A stretch of DNA of 64,000 nt from Desulfomonilia bacterium (GCA_050014195.1 JBEKDT010000001.1:96001-160000), one strand, 5' to 3'; positions 8,092-18,951 are shown, counted from the stretch's first letter. The notes: a model not told the origin generated them from the sequence alone. Translations and numbers: made by a program.

Positions 8092-11000
8092 TTATACTGG
8101 TGGTTTTTGAAAATTAATCCCAAAAACACGTAAGTCTTTATTATAATTCTGATGCTTTACCTCAGCGTCAGCGATCTTTTCAAGATGATGTACAAGTTCA
8201 TCATATGACAATCTCATGTTACTTTTATCATCGACCCAATGTTGTTTGTTGCCTTTACCTATATATCCCAAGACATAAACACCAAAGTTTGAATCTGGTG
8301 CTCGAAGATACTTTCCAAGCAATTGATCTATTAATCCTTTATTAAGTTGATCTAGAGACCAATTTTCTGCCCATTTAATTTCTATGGATACAGGTCCCAT
8401 ACCTGGAGCCTCGATGCGTAAATCAGGTTGTTGTTCTAAATCTATTTCCTCTTCTTGAGTTACAGTATAACGACCTCTTGATTTATTACGAAGTTGTCTT
8501 GCTAACCAACTTCGCAATACTGATTCCTCATCATCAATGTGTAGATCATAACGAGAACTAATGTCACCTCGCTCCACCTCGTCTTTGATAGAGAAAAATC
8601 TTTTACATGCTATTTTAAAAAGCTCATAATCTGATTGAGGAGATACCTCGTGTTCATGCATAAAATCCTGAATGTCTTTAGGTTGCCATGGTATTAATTC
8701 GGATGATAGTTCGATCCTCTTTTCGATAAGGTGAAAAATATAATCACGGTAAATGCTAAAAATCGGATCTCCCAGAAATGAACGCAACACATTATCCACT
8801 TCGGGATCTGATAAACGAGAAAACCGTTCAATTAGACTATTTCTAAAATCTTGAGCATGATCACGTGACGTGAGAGTGTATACACCTCCATTTGTTCTAT
8901 CAAGATCATCTTCAAATCTTATATAATGAAATACCATCGGTATGAATTCTTGTAAAAATTCAGTCTTTAAATAATCTGGGTTTTCAATCAAAGGATAACT
9001 TAATTTTGAATGTGTGCTTAGCCCATTACAGATTTCTATAATAAGGTTGGAAGGTTCTTGTATTTGAGTGAGTATATTCTTTAAGGTTGTAATTGCAGAA
9101 ACTGAATCGAGTTGGATCCACACTATCATCCAAAGAACAAATCGAGGGTCATTAATCTGATAATTAGCTATACGTTGAGAAGCAAGGGTACTTAGGGGCA
9201 GTCGTGGAGGATCAGATAGTCTCAAGAGAATAAAGATAGCTGTTTCTAAAACATCGTAATGTGGGGGGTCATTAATCTGTAGGTTTTTTAATATATCAAC
9301 TGCTACTAAAGATCCCACACCTCCCGTATCATATTTTAAAGAACTTAATACCTGATTAAAATGTTCATGATCAGCTGGGATCAGCCACTCTCCATGTATA
9401 CATTCATTTAACACGGCCCGTACAATATCTGGATGATATTTGGCTAGCTCTAGCAACCAATCTGAGAAGCCATTGAGCTCATTCAGTGCATACCTACATG
9501 CAAGATCTGCCTCTGTAGGAGTTATGATACTGAAGTCTAGACTTCCATCAGCTAACGAACTCTTAATACCGCTCAAGCCAATAATGACACGATAATCTGT
9601 TCTATTTGTATTTGCTTTTTCATGAGGTAATGGAGGTTTCCATTGATGCCAAACAACTTTCCATCCAGTGATGGCAGCTCGTGCAATAAGGCCACCTCTT
9701 TTTCTTATTAGTATATGCGCACTATCTGCCCCAAATTGATTCATATTTTCAGTTGCTTCGATAGCAAGTCTATAGAGAGCAAAAATAGCTGTTCCATTAC
9801 GTAGGTTTTGATGGTTCCAGTAAAGCCACATTTTATCGCGTAACTTCGAATAACATTGTCTAATCATATTTTTTGAATTTCTGACTATTTGCTCTATGCT
9901 GTAGATTTTGTGGCGATAGAAAAAAAATCTGATCTTATTTGATATCTTAATGGTAGATTCTTTTTTAAATAGGCGGACAAGCTCATGATCGCACTTGATC
10001 GCACTTTTAAATAATTTCCGAACAGAGCGCTTCCTTCCTGACTGTAGCCATAGATAAACTGCAATTTCCAGAGCAATGTTTTTAATTTCTTGCGAAGAAC
10101 CTTCTTGAATATCTTTAATGAGCCATTCTATATCAGCCTCCCGCAGTTGGACCATATCAAAGTGGTACAAAACTAAAGACGGTGATAGTTCATCAGCTGG
10201 TTTTGTATGATTCATTTGGTTGATACATTCCCACACATAGGCACGCCGCACAGTAGGATGTTTATCAAGAAGAGTATTGAAATTGCCAGATAGATCACGA
10301 TCAAGTTTGCCACACTTCTGAAAAATGCCAAGTAACCAAAGAGCTCTTGCAGCTATACCCATATCATGGTCATCTAGTTGTTGCCAGTGCAGAAGACTAA
10401 TTAGGACCACGGGTATCACTTCGCCAAGCCAATAAAACTGTTCAGAGATAGGAGTTTCTTTATTAGCATAATGAAGATGTGGGGTTTTTTGAGCAAGATC
10501 TATCAACACCTGTAACATTTCTGAAGCTTGTTTGATCGGAAGATGGTCCTGTAGGTGCTTTTTAAGATACCATGGCAGATCAACAAATCGGCTTGCTACT
10601 CTCTCAGCCTTGCATAGAAGAGTGGATAACCCCTTAGGGTCTAAAACATAAGGATAGATTGTCTCACAGATTAATGAACATAAGTGGGTCTCAAACGTAT
10701 TATACTTATTCGCTATTTCTGCCAGTTTTTCTCGTGCATTTTGATCTCCTATATCCCGGATAGCAGCAACCGCATAAGATTTTAGTGTACCAGGTTCATC
10801 TGGCGAATCGACTATGTCTAAGACGACATCGAGGCAATCCAAGAGTTTTCCATGTCGAATCATTTGGATGAGCATGATTCTTATTTCTAGTGGGTTTGTC
10901 CGCTCTCTCAACATAGTTGAGAGCTGGGGAGCCATTTTTTGATCAGCCATGCGGCTTAAAGCTTCGTCTTCTGTGTCTACATATATCCGCTCTCGTCCAC

Positions 11001-12378
11001 GGAAACGAGTGATAAGGTTTTGTAAGAGAGCCTCTCTATATTCAACAGGTAGAGATTCAGCATCTCCGAGTGTCAAGAATAAATCGGGAGCAGTATCTAG
11101 AATCTGTTTACGAAGTCTCAAGTTCCAACTCTCAGTTCCTAGTGCAAGCCAAGCCGCAAATGGCTTAAGGCTAGGACGGATAATTCTATGCCCGTCACGA
11201 CAAGCGAAAAGCAGGACTTCTAGGTCGGGATAAGGGCAGCCCTCCTTCATGCGTTGCTCCAGCCACGATGCCCCTATGTATTCAGCCATACGACGATGGT
11301 GGAATCGTATACGCCCATAGCTCGCTGAATCGAATACAGGACGATTGAGTATAGCCCTGCACATAGCCGGGGTCCATTCAGTAGGCAAACATTGTTCAGC
11401 AACTAATGCACCGCTTGTATCAGTTACAGGAATATTATCAGGGACAAAAAAATTGAAACACCTACATAGATGTACAGCCGCACCTAGACATTCTGCTCCA
11501 AGACGAGATTGTTGCGGAGAAAGAGGATCGTTCTGTATACGATCTGAGGTCTCTCTGAGCTTATTCGTAAGGTTGAATTCAATTAATTCGGATAGAGTTC
11601 CAAATTGGCCATGTTCATGCCAATAGTTGATAAGGACGGCTATATCATTTGGGCGACGAACGAATTCCCAAGCGTGATGGGTATCTATTTCATCTATAAA
11701 AGCTTCAGGATTCTCTAATCCAACTCCTTCTGCAAACGTTCGTACTCGAGAATGGTCCAACGGCATTATTTGGACAACACGAAATTCAGGAGTTTTAACA
11801 ATACCTTCTCCTTCTTCATTAGTTCTCCTCGTGGAAGTGCTACCAAATCGTTGAAGAAGTTCCTCCCGATCCGCATGAACCCGCCATTCAGTTATTCTTG
11901 AACTTATAACAATACGTATTAATCGAGCTTGTTTTGTTCCAACTCCACGTACAAAGTTATCTAAAGCCTGGGCAAAATCTTTTTGTTTTCTAAATTTTGT
12001 CTCATCCACAGAATCTAAAAAAAATATAATCTCACCACCAAGTTTTTCCCATTTTGAAAATTGTTCTATGTCGTTAGAAAGTAAGGATTCTTCTATATTA
12101 GTAGATTCTACCAGGCGGTCCAAATGGATGAAGAATGAAAAGTGTTGCTTTCGCGATAATATGTTGGCTTGGTTACGTAATTCCCATGTCTTCCCGCTGC
12201 CTGCCTCACCTAATATGACCACAATGCGGCTTTCATAAATATCTTTCCATCCAAGCCCTGACTCTTGCCCAGAAAGTAACGATGTGTAACTATGGAATGC
12301 AGCATCTTCATTCTCATTCAATTCTGTAATATCTTGAAAGCGCCTATCTAACTCTATGAATCGATTGAACTCTATCAA
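8092..12378 (-). CDS. Large STAND/NACHT-like NTPase with C-terminal PD-(D/E)XK nuclease, probable antiviral protein
   Basis: LGEAGSGKT Walker A, FFLDSVDE Walker B, ISSR sensor, RFHH winged helix, long helical region, C-terminal EEE...PDLRI...SIEIK. TTG start with AGGAG. Confidence 0.75.
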   Translation of the reverse strand: MIEFNRFIELDRRFQDITELNENEDAAFHSYTSLLSGQESGLGWKDIYESRIVVILGEAGSGKTWELRNQANILSRKQHFSFFIHLDRLVESTNIEESLLSNDIEQFSKWEKLGGEIIFFLDSVDETKFRKQKDFAQALDNFVRGVGTKQARLIRIVISSRITEWRVHADREELLQRFGSTSTRRTNEEGEGIVKTPEFRVVQIMPLDHSRVRTFAEGVGLENPEAFIDEIDTHHAWEFVRRPNDIAVLINYWHEHGQFGTLSELIEFNLTNKLRETSDRIQNDPLSPQQSRLGAECLGAAVHLCRCFNFFVPDNIPVTDTSGALVAEQCLPTEWTPAMCRAILNRPVFDSASYGRIRFHHRRMAEYIGASWLEQRMKEGCPYPDLEVLLFACRDGHRIIRPSLKPFAAWLALGTESWNLRLRKQILDTAPDLFLTLGDAESLPVEYREALLQNLITRFRGRERIYVDTEDEALSRMADQKMAPQLSTMLRERTNPLEIRIMLIQMIRHGKLLDCLDVVLDIVDSPDEPGTLKSYAVAAIRDIGDQNAREKLAEIANKYNTFETHLCSLICETIYPYVLDPKGLSTLLCKAERVASRFVDLPWYLKKHLQDHLPIKQASEMLQVLIDLAQKTPHLHYANKETPISEQFYWLGEVIPVVLISLLHWQQLDDHDMGIAARALWLLGIFQKCGKLDRDLSGNFNTLLDKHPTVRRAYVWECINQMNHTKPADELSPSLVLYHFDMVQLREADIEWLIKDIQEGSSQEIKNIALEIAVYLWLQSGRKRSVRKLFKSAIKCDHELVRLFKKESTIKISNKIRFFFYRHKIYSIEQIVRNSKNMIRQCYSKLRDKMWLYWNHQNLRNGTAIFALYRLAIEATENMNQFGADSAHILIRKRGGLIARAAITGWKVVWHQWKPPLPHEKANTNRTDYRVIIGLSGIKSSLADGSLDFSIITPTEADLACRYALNELNGFSDWLLELAKYHPDIVRAVLNECIHGEWLIPADHEHFNQVLSSLKYDTGGVGSLVAVDILKNLQINDPPHYDVLETAIFILLRLSDPPRLPLSTLASQRIANYQINDPRFVLWMIVWIQLDSVSAITTLKNILTQIQEPSNLIIEICNGLSTHSKLSYPLIENPDYLKTEFLQEFIPMVFHYIRFEDDLDRTNGGVYTLTSRDHAQDFRNSLIERFSRLSDPEVDNVLRSFLGDPIFSIYRDYIFHLIEKRIELSSELIPWQPKDIQDFMHEHEVSPQSDYELFKIACKRFFSIKDEVERGDISSRYDLHIDDEESVLRSWLARQLRNKSRGRYTVTQEEEIDLEQQPDLRIEAPGMGPVSIEIKWAENWSLDQLNKGLIDQLLGKYLRAPDSNFGVYVLGYIGKGNKQHWVDDKSNMRLSYDELVHHLEKIADAEVKHQNYNKDLRVFGINFQKPPV

Positions 12379-12403
12379 TTTCTGCTCCTAATTGAAAACA
12401 TTA

Positions 12404-13321
12404 TTAAGTTTGATTGCCTTGAAAATGCCTTGGGTTCATCGCCCCCCTCATATCATCAGCAATTTCCAAACAGTTGGTATGGGTTATAAGGTTATTGTTA
12501 TGTACAAGGAAAAACTCAAGTTCGAAGTCGGAGGGGTAACTTTTATGATGTTTCCACAAAAAAAGTATTCCATGTATTGTGGAACGGAACATAGAGAACT
12601 TAGCAACAAACTCATGGATTAACGCAGGGTGATCATGTCGATCTTCCTGAAAAAGACCAAAAATATCTCTGCGTGCAAACTCGGGAACCATGGGATCACC
12701 ATAAGTGACGAGCATACAATCAAAATGGTCAATCATACCAAGGTGGAGATCAGAGACCTCAACAACGATTATATTGTAGTCATCTGGCCCACCCAGGGAA
12801 AACTTTATCAGATTTCCTTCGGAGTCCTGTGCTTTGGAGAGAATCAAGCGCTGCAGCCTAAGCGTGTCTGCACGGTCATCATTTCCCCCAAGGTGGACTT
12901 CGTAGAAGTTGGATTGACCAAGTTGTTCATCAATAAGATCTGTAATAGCGAGACGCTGGTTAACTTGCCGCATCTCCATGTAAAGATTTTTCCCAGATGG
13001 GATTCTTCTGTAGAAATCAATTGTCATTTCATCATCAGATCTACATCGTACCTCATAGTTTAAGGGTTTGTTGGCTGATTCAAATTGATAGGCGAACGTA
13101 GCTTCTAGAATAAGACTATGTAGATTTGCCTTGTTATTGGCTGCAAAAAGATTAGATAACAACTTTGAAAAACGGCTGGCCTGACGAAGCAAGAGTAGCT
13201 TCCTTGCTAGCGGAAATAAGATGATCTCAGGCTCCTCTATCGAATGACCGGAAGCAGCAAATGAGGCTGCCAATTTTGGAAGCAGTGTGTCTATAAGAAC
13301 CTCCTTATTTCGACATATCAA
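12404..13321 (-). CDS. Hypothetical protein, possible PD-(D/E)XK-fold nuclease
   Basis: 305-aa ORF with LEA..A / IDF / MEMR pattern. Ends 25 bp upstream of the STAND gene. Confidence 0.5.
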   Translation of the reverse strand: MICRNKEVLIDTLLPKLAASFAASGHSIEEPEIILFPLARKLLLLRQASRFSKLLSNLFAANNKANLHSLILEATFAYQFESANKPLNYEVRCRSDDEMTIDFYRRIPSGKNLYMEMRQVNQRLAITDLIDEQLGQSNFYEVHLGGNDDRADTLRLQRLILSKAQDSEGNLIKFSLGGPDDYNIIVVEVSDLHLGMIDHFDCMLVTYGDPMVPEFARRDIFGLFQEDRHDHPALIHEFVAKFSMFRSTIHGILFLWKHHKSYPSDFELEFFLVHNNNLITHTNCLEIADDMRGAMNPRHFQGNQT

Positions 13322-13578
13322 GGGGCATCTGGTGAACTTGACCGAACAACGACACCTGTTTGCACAATCTGGTACACACCTTTCTGTAGCAAGTTTACCA
13401 CCATACCATCGGAAGTACGTAACTCCTTAACCCCTTCAGTAACAGCGTTTGGATTTTCGAAGCTACTGGCGTCGAGAAGATCAGTGTAAATATAGATGGT
13501 GTATTGACGTCCATCGTCTCCCTTGGCTTTGATACTTTCAGTCTTTCTCTTCATAAGAGTGTCTCCTCTGACAAACAA
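13318..13578 (-). CDS. Small hypothetical protein
   Basis: 86-aa ORF overlapping the next gene by 4 bp; AGAGGAG before an internal ATG. Confidence 0.55.
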   Translation of the reverse strand: MFVRGDTLMKRKTESIKAKGDDGRQYTIYIYTDLLDASSFENPNAVTEGVKELRTSDGMVVNLLQKGVYQIVQTGVVVRSSSPDAP

Positions 13579-13717
13579 TACTATACTACAATATTATAAT
13601 TCTCAAATTTAAGATAATGTGAAGATCTTGTGCCATACTCAACGCTATGATTAAACTGGATAATTACATTGATAATCTTCAAAAGTTAACAAGTCAGGGG
13701 GCTGTTAATTTCTATAA

Positions 13718-13927
13718 TTATAGTTGTTTCTCAATCCACTGCAAGGCATCATTGGGGCTATCAAAAACCTTAGCGGCCCGCTCTTCTTCTCCACCCTTAT
13801 CGATTGCTGCCTGATACTTATCACCGGACAAACCCTTTTGTTTATGGATATGACCAATGAGGATATTATTCTTATAAACTTTAAATGAAGCGCCATCACT
13901 AGATGTAGATTTCAATGCGATCATCAC
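13718..13927 (-). CDS. Small hypothetical protein
   Basis: 69-aa ORF co-oriented with, and 10 bp downstream of, the 126-aa ORF. Confidence 0.45.
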   Translation of the reverse strand: MMIALKSTSSDGASFKVYKNNILIGHIHKQKGLSGDKYQAAIDKGGEEERAAKVFDSPNDALQWIEKQL

Positions 13928-13936
13928 TGCCCATTC

Positions 13937-14317
13937 TTATGTGCGAGGTATAGAAACAAATCTTATGGCCCTTAGAATAACAACTCCTTTGATTATCATC
14001 AAGATGCCAATGAGGTTTACCAAACATCCAAGTACTATCAGCCATGTCGTAGAACCCAATATCACAAAAATACCGCAAGCAAACACAAGAATCCCGGCTA
14101 GTAGATGAAGTATATAGGACTGGTGCCATATGATCTGCTTCGAGATATTGTAACAGGCATATGGAATGATAAGCCCACACCGAAAGAACCCAGCAACAGT
14201 CACCTGGTCTCCATTACTTACAACCGGAGGTTCTCCTGATAGTACCTTTACAAAACAGTCTCCAACCTTGAATAGATTATACTTGGCTTCAGAGGCGCTC
14301 CCTTCACGCTTTACCAC
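13937..14317 (-). CDS. Hypothetical membrane protein
   Basis: Abuts the trbB stop; two C-terminal hydrophobic helices. Confidence 0.45.
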   Translation of the reverse strand: MVKREGSASEAKYNLFKVGDCFVKVLSGEPPVVSNGDQVTVAGFFRCGLIIPYACYNISKQIIWHQSYILHLLAGILVFACGIFVILGSTTWLIVLGCLVNLIGILMIIKGVVILRAIRFVSIPRT

Positions 14318-15274
14318 TTATCCCTCCAGAAACCTCAAAATATACTCATCGTCTCTGCAGCTATCAACAGTGGCAATGCTATCAACCTTTCGCCCGTGCC
14401 CTTCTCTCTTGATGTACACCAGGACATTTACTGTTGCAGCGATCAGGCTCCGTGGCACTCCGGGTACAACCTCCTGAACCAGTTGCTCTATCCGAATGAG
14501 CCCTTCCCTTGGACCATTTGCATGGATAGTACACAGCCCACCTGGATGGCCGGTGTTCCATGCTTTCAGGAGGCCCAGGGCTTCACCACCCCGCACTTCT
14601 CCGACAATGATTCTGTCGGGTCGTAGCCGCATGGTTGCTTTCAGCAAGGTGGTGATATCTGCTGCATCACAGGTCCTCAGAGAGACACAATCCTTAACCT
14701 CGCACTGAAGTTCAAGGGTATCTTCTATGAGCACAATACGATCCTCGTATTGTGCTATCTCGGCAAGGATGGCATTAGCCAGTGTTGTCTTTCCGGAGCC
14801 GGTCCCGCCCACAACAAGGATGTTCTGTTTATCCCGGACCGCCTCTTTCAGGAAGTCGGCAGCTTCACCGATCATGATTCCCTGGCTCACATAATCATCC
14901 AGGGTGTAAACCATAAGGGCCTTTTTACGAATTGTGATGGTTGGCCTTTCAACAACCGGAGGGAGCATCCCCTGAAATCGTTCTCCTGATCCCGGAAGCT
15001 CCGCAGAGAGAATAGGGTTATCCGCATTGCATATGGTGTTCGTCTTCGAGCTGACTATCCGTATGATTCTTTCTGCATCAGCAGTGCTCATGTCCTGACC
15101 TGTATAGGACCGTCCTGAACTTAACCGGTCAACCCACAGACAACCATCAGGGTTGAGCATAATCTCGATCACATCTTTATCCTGCATAAGATCCTGAATA
15201 GTTGGGCCGAAGGAGCTCGTGAGCATGTCGTAGACCCTACTGTTCATTTGCTGTTCACGTTTTCTAAAATCCAT
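14318..15274 (-). CDS. trbB: P-type conjugative transfer ATPase TrbB (VirB11)
   Basis: GGTGSGKTT, IEDTLEL, MRLRPDRIIVGEVRG, WNTGHPGG-TIHAN. Confidence 0.95.
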   Translation of the reverse strand: MDFRKREQQMNSRVYDMLTSSFGPTIQDLMQDKDVIEIMLNPDGCLWVDRLSSGRSYTGQDMSTADAERIIRIVSSKTNTICNADNPILSAELPGSGERFQGMLPPVVERPTITIRKKALMVYTLDDYVSQGIMIGEAADFLKEAVRDKQNILVVGGTGSGKTTLANAILAEIAQYEDRIVLIEDTLELQCEVKDCVSLRTCDAADITTLLKATMRLRPDRIIVGEVRGGEALGLLKAWNTGHPGGLCTIHANGPREGLIRIEQLVQEVVPGVPRSLIAATVNVLVYIKREGHGRKVDSIATVDSCRDDEYILRFLEG

Positions 15275-15287
15275 ATGAGCAGCTCCT

Positions 15288-17075
15288 TTAACACACAGCT
15301 TGTGAGATGCTTTCTTCTTCTCCGGCAGGAGAGGACTTCTCAACCTTTTCAACCTTCGGTGTAGGTTTCAAAAGGAGATTTTCCCTCATAACAAACACCG
15401 GTGCTTTATCCGGATAAATCTTGTATTTGAAAGTGCTTATCAGTGGATCATACGACTTGAACCTTACTATGGCTGTAAGGTCAGTGAGTTTCATGAGTTC
15501 TGCGGGCAGGAAGAGACTTTCTCTCTTTGTCCGCTCAGCCAGGGAAGTCCCATCCCGATTATCGTTCACACCCATGGACCGGGTCTTGTTCATTTCAATA
15601 TATTCTGTTTCACTCAAGATATCGGTGCTGATCCTTGCAGATATCGGGTCATCCACGTTAAACATAATCTTATTTCCACAGGCATTGATAATGCTCTGCC
15701 GGTGATTGACAGAATATGTCTGATCGATCTGCCCGTAGTCCTGGATGCCGATGAAGACACATCCTCCCTTGCTCCGGGCCATGGTCAGTAGCTTGACAAT
15801 CGTGGGAAGTCTCTGTAGGGTCCCAAACTCATCCAGGAAAAAAAAGATCCTCCTCTCTGTTGACTCAGACAGAGATAACACCTGCCTCCCGAGCAAATCC
15901 ACAAAGAGGGATAGGATGGGCCGGAGGGCCTCCTGAATGATCGAGTAATTTGTGATGTAGATCATGCCTTTACCATTCTGCAGCCAGTCCTTGATTTTGA
16001 ATGGGCCATCGATTTGAGACATGTACTTGAGGCCCTTTGCGTATTCCATCAAGGTTCCGAAAACTCCCAGGGCTTGGGTAGATCCAGGCAATTCAATATG
16101 TTTTGCCGCCCCTTTGCCTTCATCAATGCTCTGCAGCTTTTCTAGAACATATTCTGCCTTTGAAGTAACGATATCCCAGATATGCTTATTGTTGGTCTGA
16201 TTCTCACTGTACAGGTAATGAAGAATCCCAGCAAAAACATCCCGCGCCGCATCCGGGAAGAATGTATCCATCTGTGAGATGGAATGAGGAATAAGGGAAG
16301 TTGCCATGGCATCAATATCCATAGGGGTCTCGATCTCGTTGAAAAGATTCCAACCAACGGATCTTGCATCGAGGGGATTGAAGATGATGTCCTTTTCCTC
16401 GTCATAGAATCTTCTGAGATAATCGCCTTTGAAGTCATAGATGATTGCCTGTGCATTCCGTTTCTTCAAGTCTTCAATGATCTGGGCTGCACAATTTGTT
16501 TTTCCAGCTCCTGGTCCCCCGATAATAAACGTGTGCCTTGGTTCTAAAGATTTGGGCATACGGACACTGCCAATATGCAGTCCGGGCTCATCTTTCCTTT
16601 TCTTCACTTCATAATTGAATTCTTGAATCGTACTGAGTCTTGATCCTCGGATATGTCTCCGGTCAGACTGATACTTTGCCTTGTCATGAAAGAACATCCA
16701 GGTCGGGATATAAAAAATGTACACAGATGAACACCAGAAGAAGATGTTACGCATGGTATGAAATATGTAGATTGAATAAGTTCGCAGGGGAGCACAGGCT
16801 GCGATTCTCTGGGCAGGGGCATATACTATTGTGCCATTAGGGTTTATGAACTTCAATCTTGCTGTCGGCCACATGATGTATGCAAAGAGCCATTGAGAGG
16901 CTGAACGGATTGAGGCCTTATCGATTTTGTACCAGCAGGCGAGGAAGAACAGCAGTACATGGAAGCAGAAGAGTATGGTTATAATCTTGGTATGCATCTG
17001 GATGGACATGCGGACTTGGTTCCACCAGGTTTCGAACCCTTCATAGCTCTGGCTTTGTACCGGGTATTTTTTCAT
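15288..17075 (-). CDS. Type IV coupling protein, TrwB/TraD-like
   Basis: Two N-terminal TM segments, HIRGS, GGPGAGKT, IYDFKGDY, FNPLDARSVGWN, FLDEF, GIQDYGQ. Confidence 0.88.
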   Translation of the reverse strand: MKKYPVQSQSYEGFETWWNQVRMSIQMHTKIITILFCFHVLLFFLACWYKIDKASIRSASQWLFAYIMWPTARLKFINPNGTIVYAPAQRIAACAPLRTYSIYIFHTMRNIFFWCSSVYIFYIPTWMFFHDKAKYQSDRRHIRGSRLSTIQEFNYEVKKRKDEPGLHIGSVRMPKSLEPRHTFIIGGPGAGKTNCAAQIIEDLKKRNAQAIIYDFKGDYLRRFYDEEKDIIFNPLDARSVGWNLFNEIETPMDIDAMATSLIPHSISQMDTFFPDAARDVFAGILHYLYSENQTNNKHIWDIVTSKAEYVLEKLQSIDEGKGAAKHIELPGSTQALGVFGTLMEYAKGLKYMSQIDGPFKIKDWLQNGKGMIYITNYSIIQEALRPILSLFVDLLGRQVLSLSESTERRIFFFLDEFGTLQRLPTIVKLLTMARSKGGCVFIGIQDYGQIDQTYSVNHRQSIINACGNKIMFNVDDPISARISTDILSETEYIEMNKTRSMGVNDNRDGTSLAERTKRESLFLPAELMKLTDLTAIVRFKSYDPLISTFKYKIYPDKAPVFVMRENLLLKPTPKVEKVEKSSPAGEEESISQAVC

Positions 17076-17099
17076 AACATTCCATTCCTCCTTTGCAGA

Positions 17100-17627
17100 T
17101 CAATTAGAGCCAAATACAATCAGCGGTTTCTCTACCCATCTAATATTTTCTTTTCTGACTGTTCCGAAATACCTGCTGTCAAAGCTGTTGTTGTACGTGC
17201 TGGCAAAGAAATACTCCCCCTGCCTAAGAACATATTTGCAATATATTCTGGGTAACGGGAGGCCCTGTGAATCATTTTGCTTCACCGGCCCAAAGTACTT
17301 ACCGTTAATGTAGAGCCCGGCTGTAGAGACCTCAACAACATCACCCTGCTTTGCAACCACAGGCTTTGTGAGGTAGAAATTCAGGTGTTCAGGAAGCCAT
17401 CCCCTTGTCTTCATCAGACCATTAACATTCCGGGGTATGTCAAAAACACAGATCATTCCTTTATCAATCCGGTCCGGATGATCGATCCGGTAGATACCCT
17501 TAGGGAGGCTCGGCGTTATCTGGAACATAATCTTATAGCTCAAAGCCTTACACACAATCATAAATCCCACTACTACCAGGAGAGCATGGATCAGGGGTTT
17601 CAGCTCGGGCTTTTTTCTCCACATCAA
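17100..17627 (-). CDS. traF: Conjugative transfer S26 peptidase TraF (pilin maturase)
   Basis: TPSLPKGIY, KPVVA-QGD, NSFDSRYFG. Confidence 0.9.
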   Translation of the reverse strand: MMWRKKPELKPLIHALLVVVGFMIVCKALSYKIMFQITPSLPKGIYRIDHPDRIDKGMICVFDIPRNVNGLMKTRGWLPEHLNFYLTKPVVAKQGDVVEVSTAGLYINGKYFGPVKQNDSQGLPLPRIYCKYVLRQGEYFFASTYNNSFDSRYFGTVRKENIRWVEKPLIVFGSN

Positions 17628-17640
17628 TTACACTCATCAC

Positions 17641-18951
17641 TCATTGAAGCGAATACGGCCTCAGGATCATATCGCGGTTCACCATCACATTGAACTTGTA
17701 CCCCGGTCTGATTTCGATGGTGGGGGCAACATTGAGCTCACGATCAAGGAGCTTCTGCCCGGCCTGGTTGATTCCACTCGCCGCATCTCCTGCCATCTGC
17801 TGTCTTGTAGTGGGATAGTTGCCTTCAGAGTTATTGCCACCAGCCTGACGGGCTCCGACGCTTAAGAACGTGCTCAGAAGGACAGCACCCGCAATCCTGC
17901 CATAGTGATAATTCACTTGGTCCTTTGCCCCGGCATACCCGGAAAGGTCGGTCCCCTGCATGCCGTTCAAGAGGATGGATGACCCGTCCGGGAATATCAT
18001 TCTGGTCCAAACCTGCATGACTCTGTCCTGCCCCCAGGAGATCTGATTGTCATAGGTCCCGATCAGCTTGGTTCCCTGCGGGACCAGAAGATATCTCCCC
18101 GATACCGAATCATAGACGTTCTCCCGGAGCTGGGCGATGATCTGCCCGGGCAGATCGGAGTTTATGCCTGTGATCAGGACTGCAGGGAGGACAGTTCCTG
18201 CCATGACCTGGTAAGGGGATGCAGGCTCCTGGATCTGGTGCTCCAGGTATATGGCTTCATCGGATTTTTTTGATTCATCGAGGAAGGCCCTCTTCCGGGC
18301 CTGGTCAGTATAAGGCTCCTGGCCGCCCGGGGCCTGGGCCAGCATCATACCCGGAGGCATTGAAGGCATGTTCGGCGCTTGAGATAAGGCAGCTGCAGGG
18401 GATGCCTGTTGCATTCTCGCGGGAGTGCTTGTCTCTGAGAAAAAGATCTTCGATTTCCGGGCCTCGTCAAGCGCCTGTTTCTTCGAGTCTTGTGTCCCTG
18501 CTCCCCCTTGGGAGGGCTGATTGTACGGGTCATATGGCTGGGTCTTTCCGTATCGTGGATCACCAGCATTAAAGCCGTATTGATAGGGCTGCTGAGGACC
18601 TGGCTGACCATTATTCATGCCGGGCATGTTGGGGTCCATGTAAGAGAAAGGCTGTCCGTTCTGTGCCACATCTCCTGCCTTGCTCCCTCTCACCTGTTCC
18701 CCATATGTCTTTGGAAGTTTATCAAAAGATTCCAGGTTCACTTTATCCCGTGGCTCGGCTGCTATCTCAGGGGCCGTTGAAGGCTGAATGGTTTCGGTAG
18801 CCCCGCTCTTTTTTGGCCCGAAACCGATCCCGAACAGGACAAAAGCGAGGAAGAAAACACCGCAGAGGAGGCCTACAACCATCTTCTTGTTTATCTTGCT
18901 GATGCCTTCAGGTTTCAGTCGTATGTTCTCAAGCATGTTCTTATCCTCCAC
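17641..18951 (-). CDS. trbI: TrbI / VirB10
   Basis: AGTVLPAVLITGINSDLPG, VYDSVSG, D-SGYAG-KDQVN, PTIEIRPG. Confidence 0.95.
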   Translation of the reverse strand: MEDKNMLENIRLKPEGISKINKKMVVGLLCGVFFLAFVLFGIGFGPKKSGATETIQPSTAPEIAAEPRDKVNLESFDKLPKTYGEQVRGSKAGDVAQNGQPFSYMDPNMPGMNNGQPGPQQPYQYGFNAGDPRYGKTQPYDPYNQPSQGGAGTQDSKKQALDEARKSKIFFSETSTPARMQQASPAAALSQAPNMPSMPPGMMLAQAPGGQEPYTDQARKRAFLDESKKSDEAIYLEHQIQEPASPYQVMAGTVLPAVLITGINSDLPGQIIAQLRENVYDSVSGRYLLVPQGTKLIGTYDNQISWGQDRVMQVWTRMIFPDGSSILLNGMQGTDLSGYAGAKDQVNYHYGRIAGAVLLSTFLSVGARQAGGNNSEGNYPTTRQQMAGDAASGINQAGQKLLDRELNVAPTIEIRPGYKFNVMVNRDMILRPYSLQ

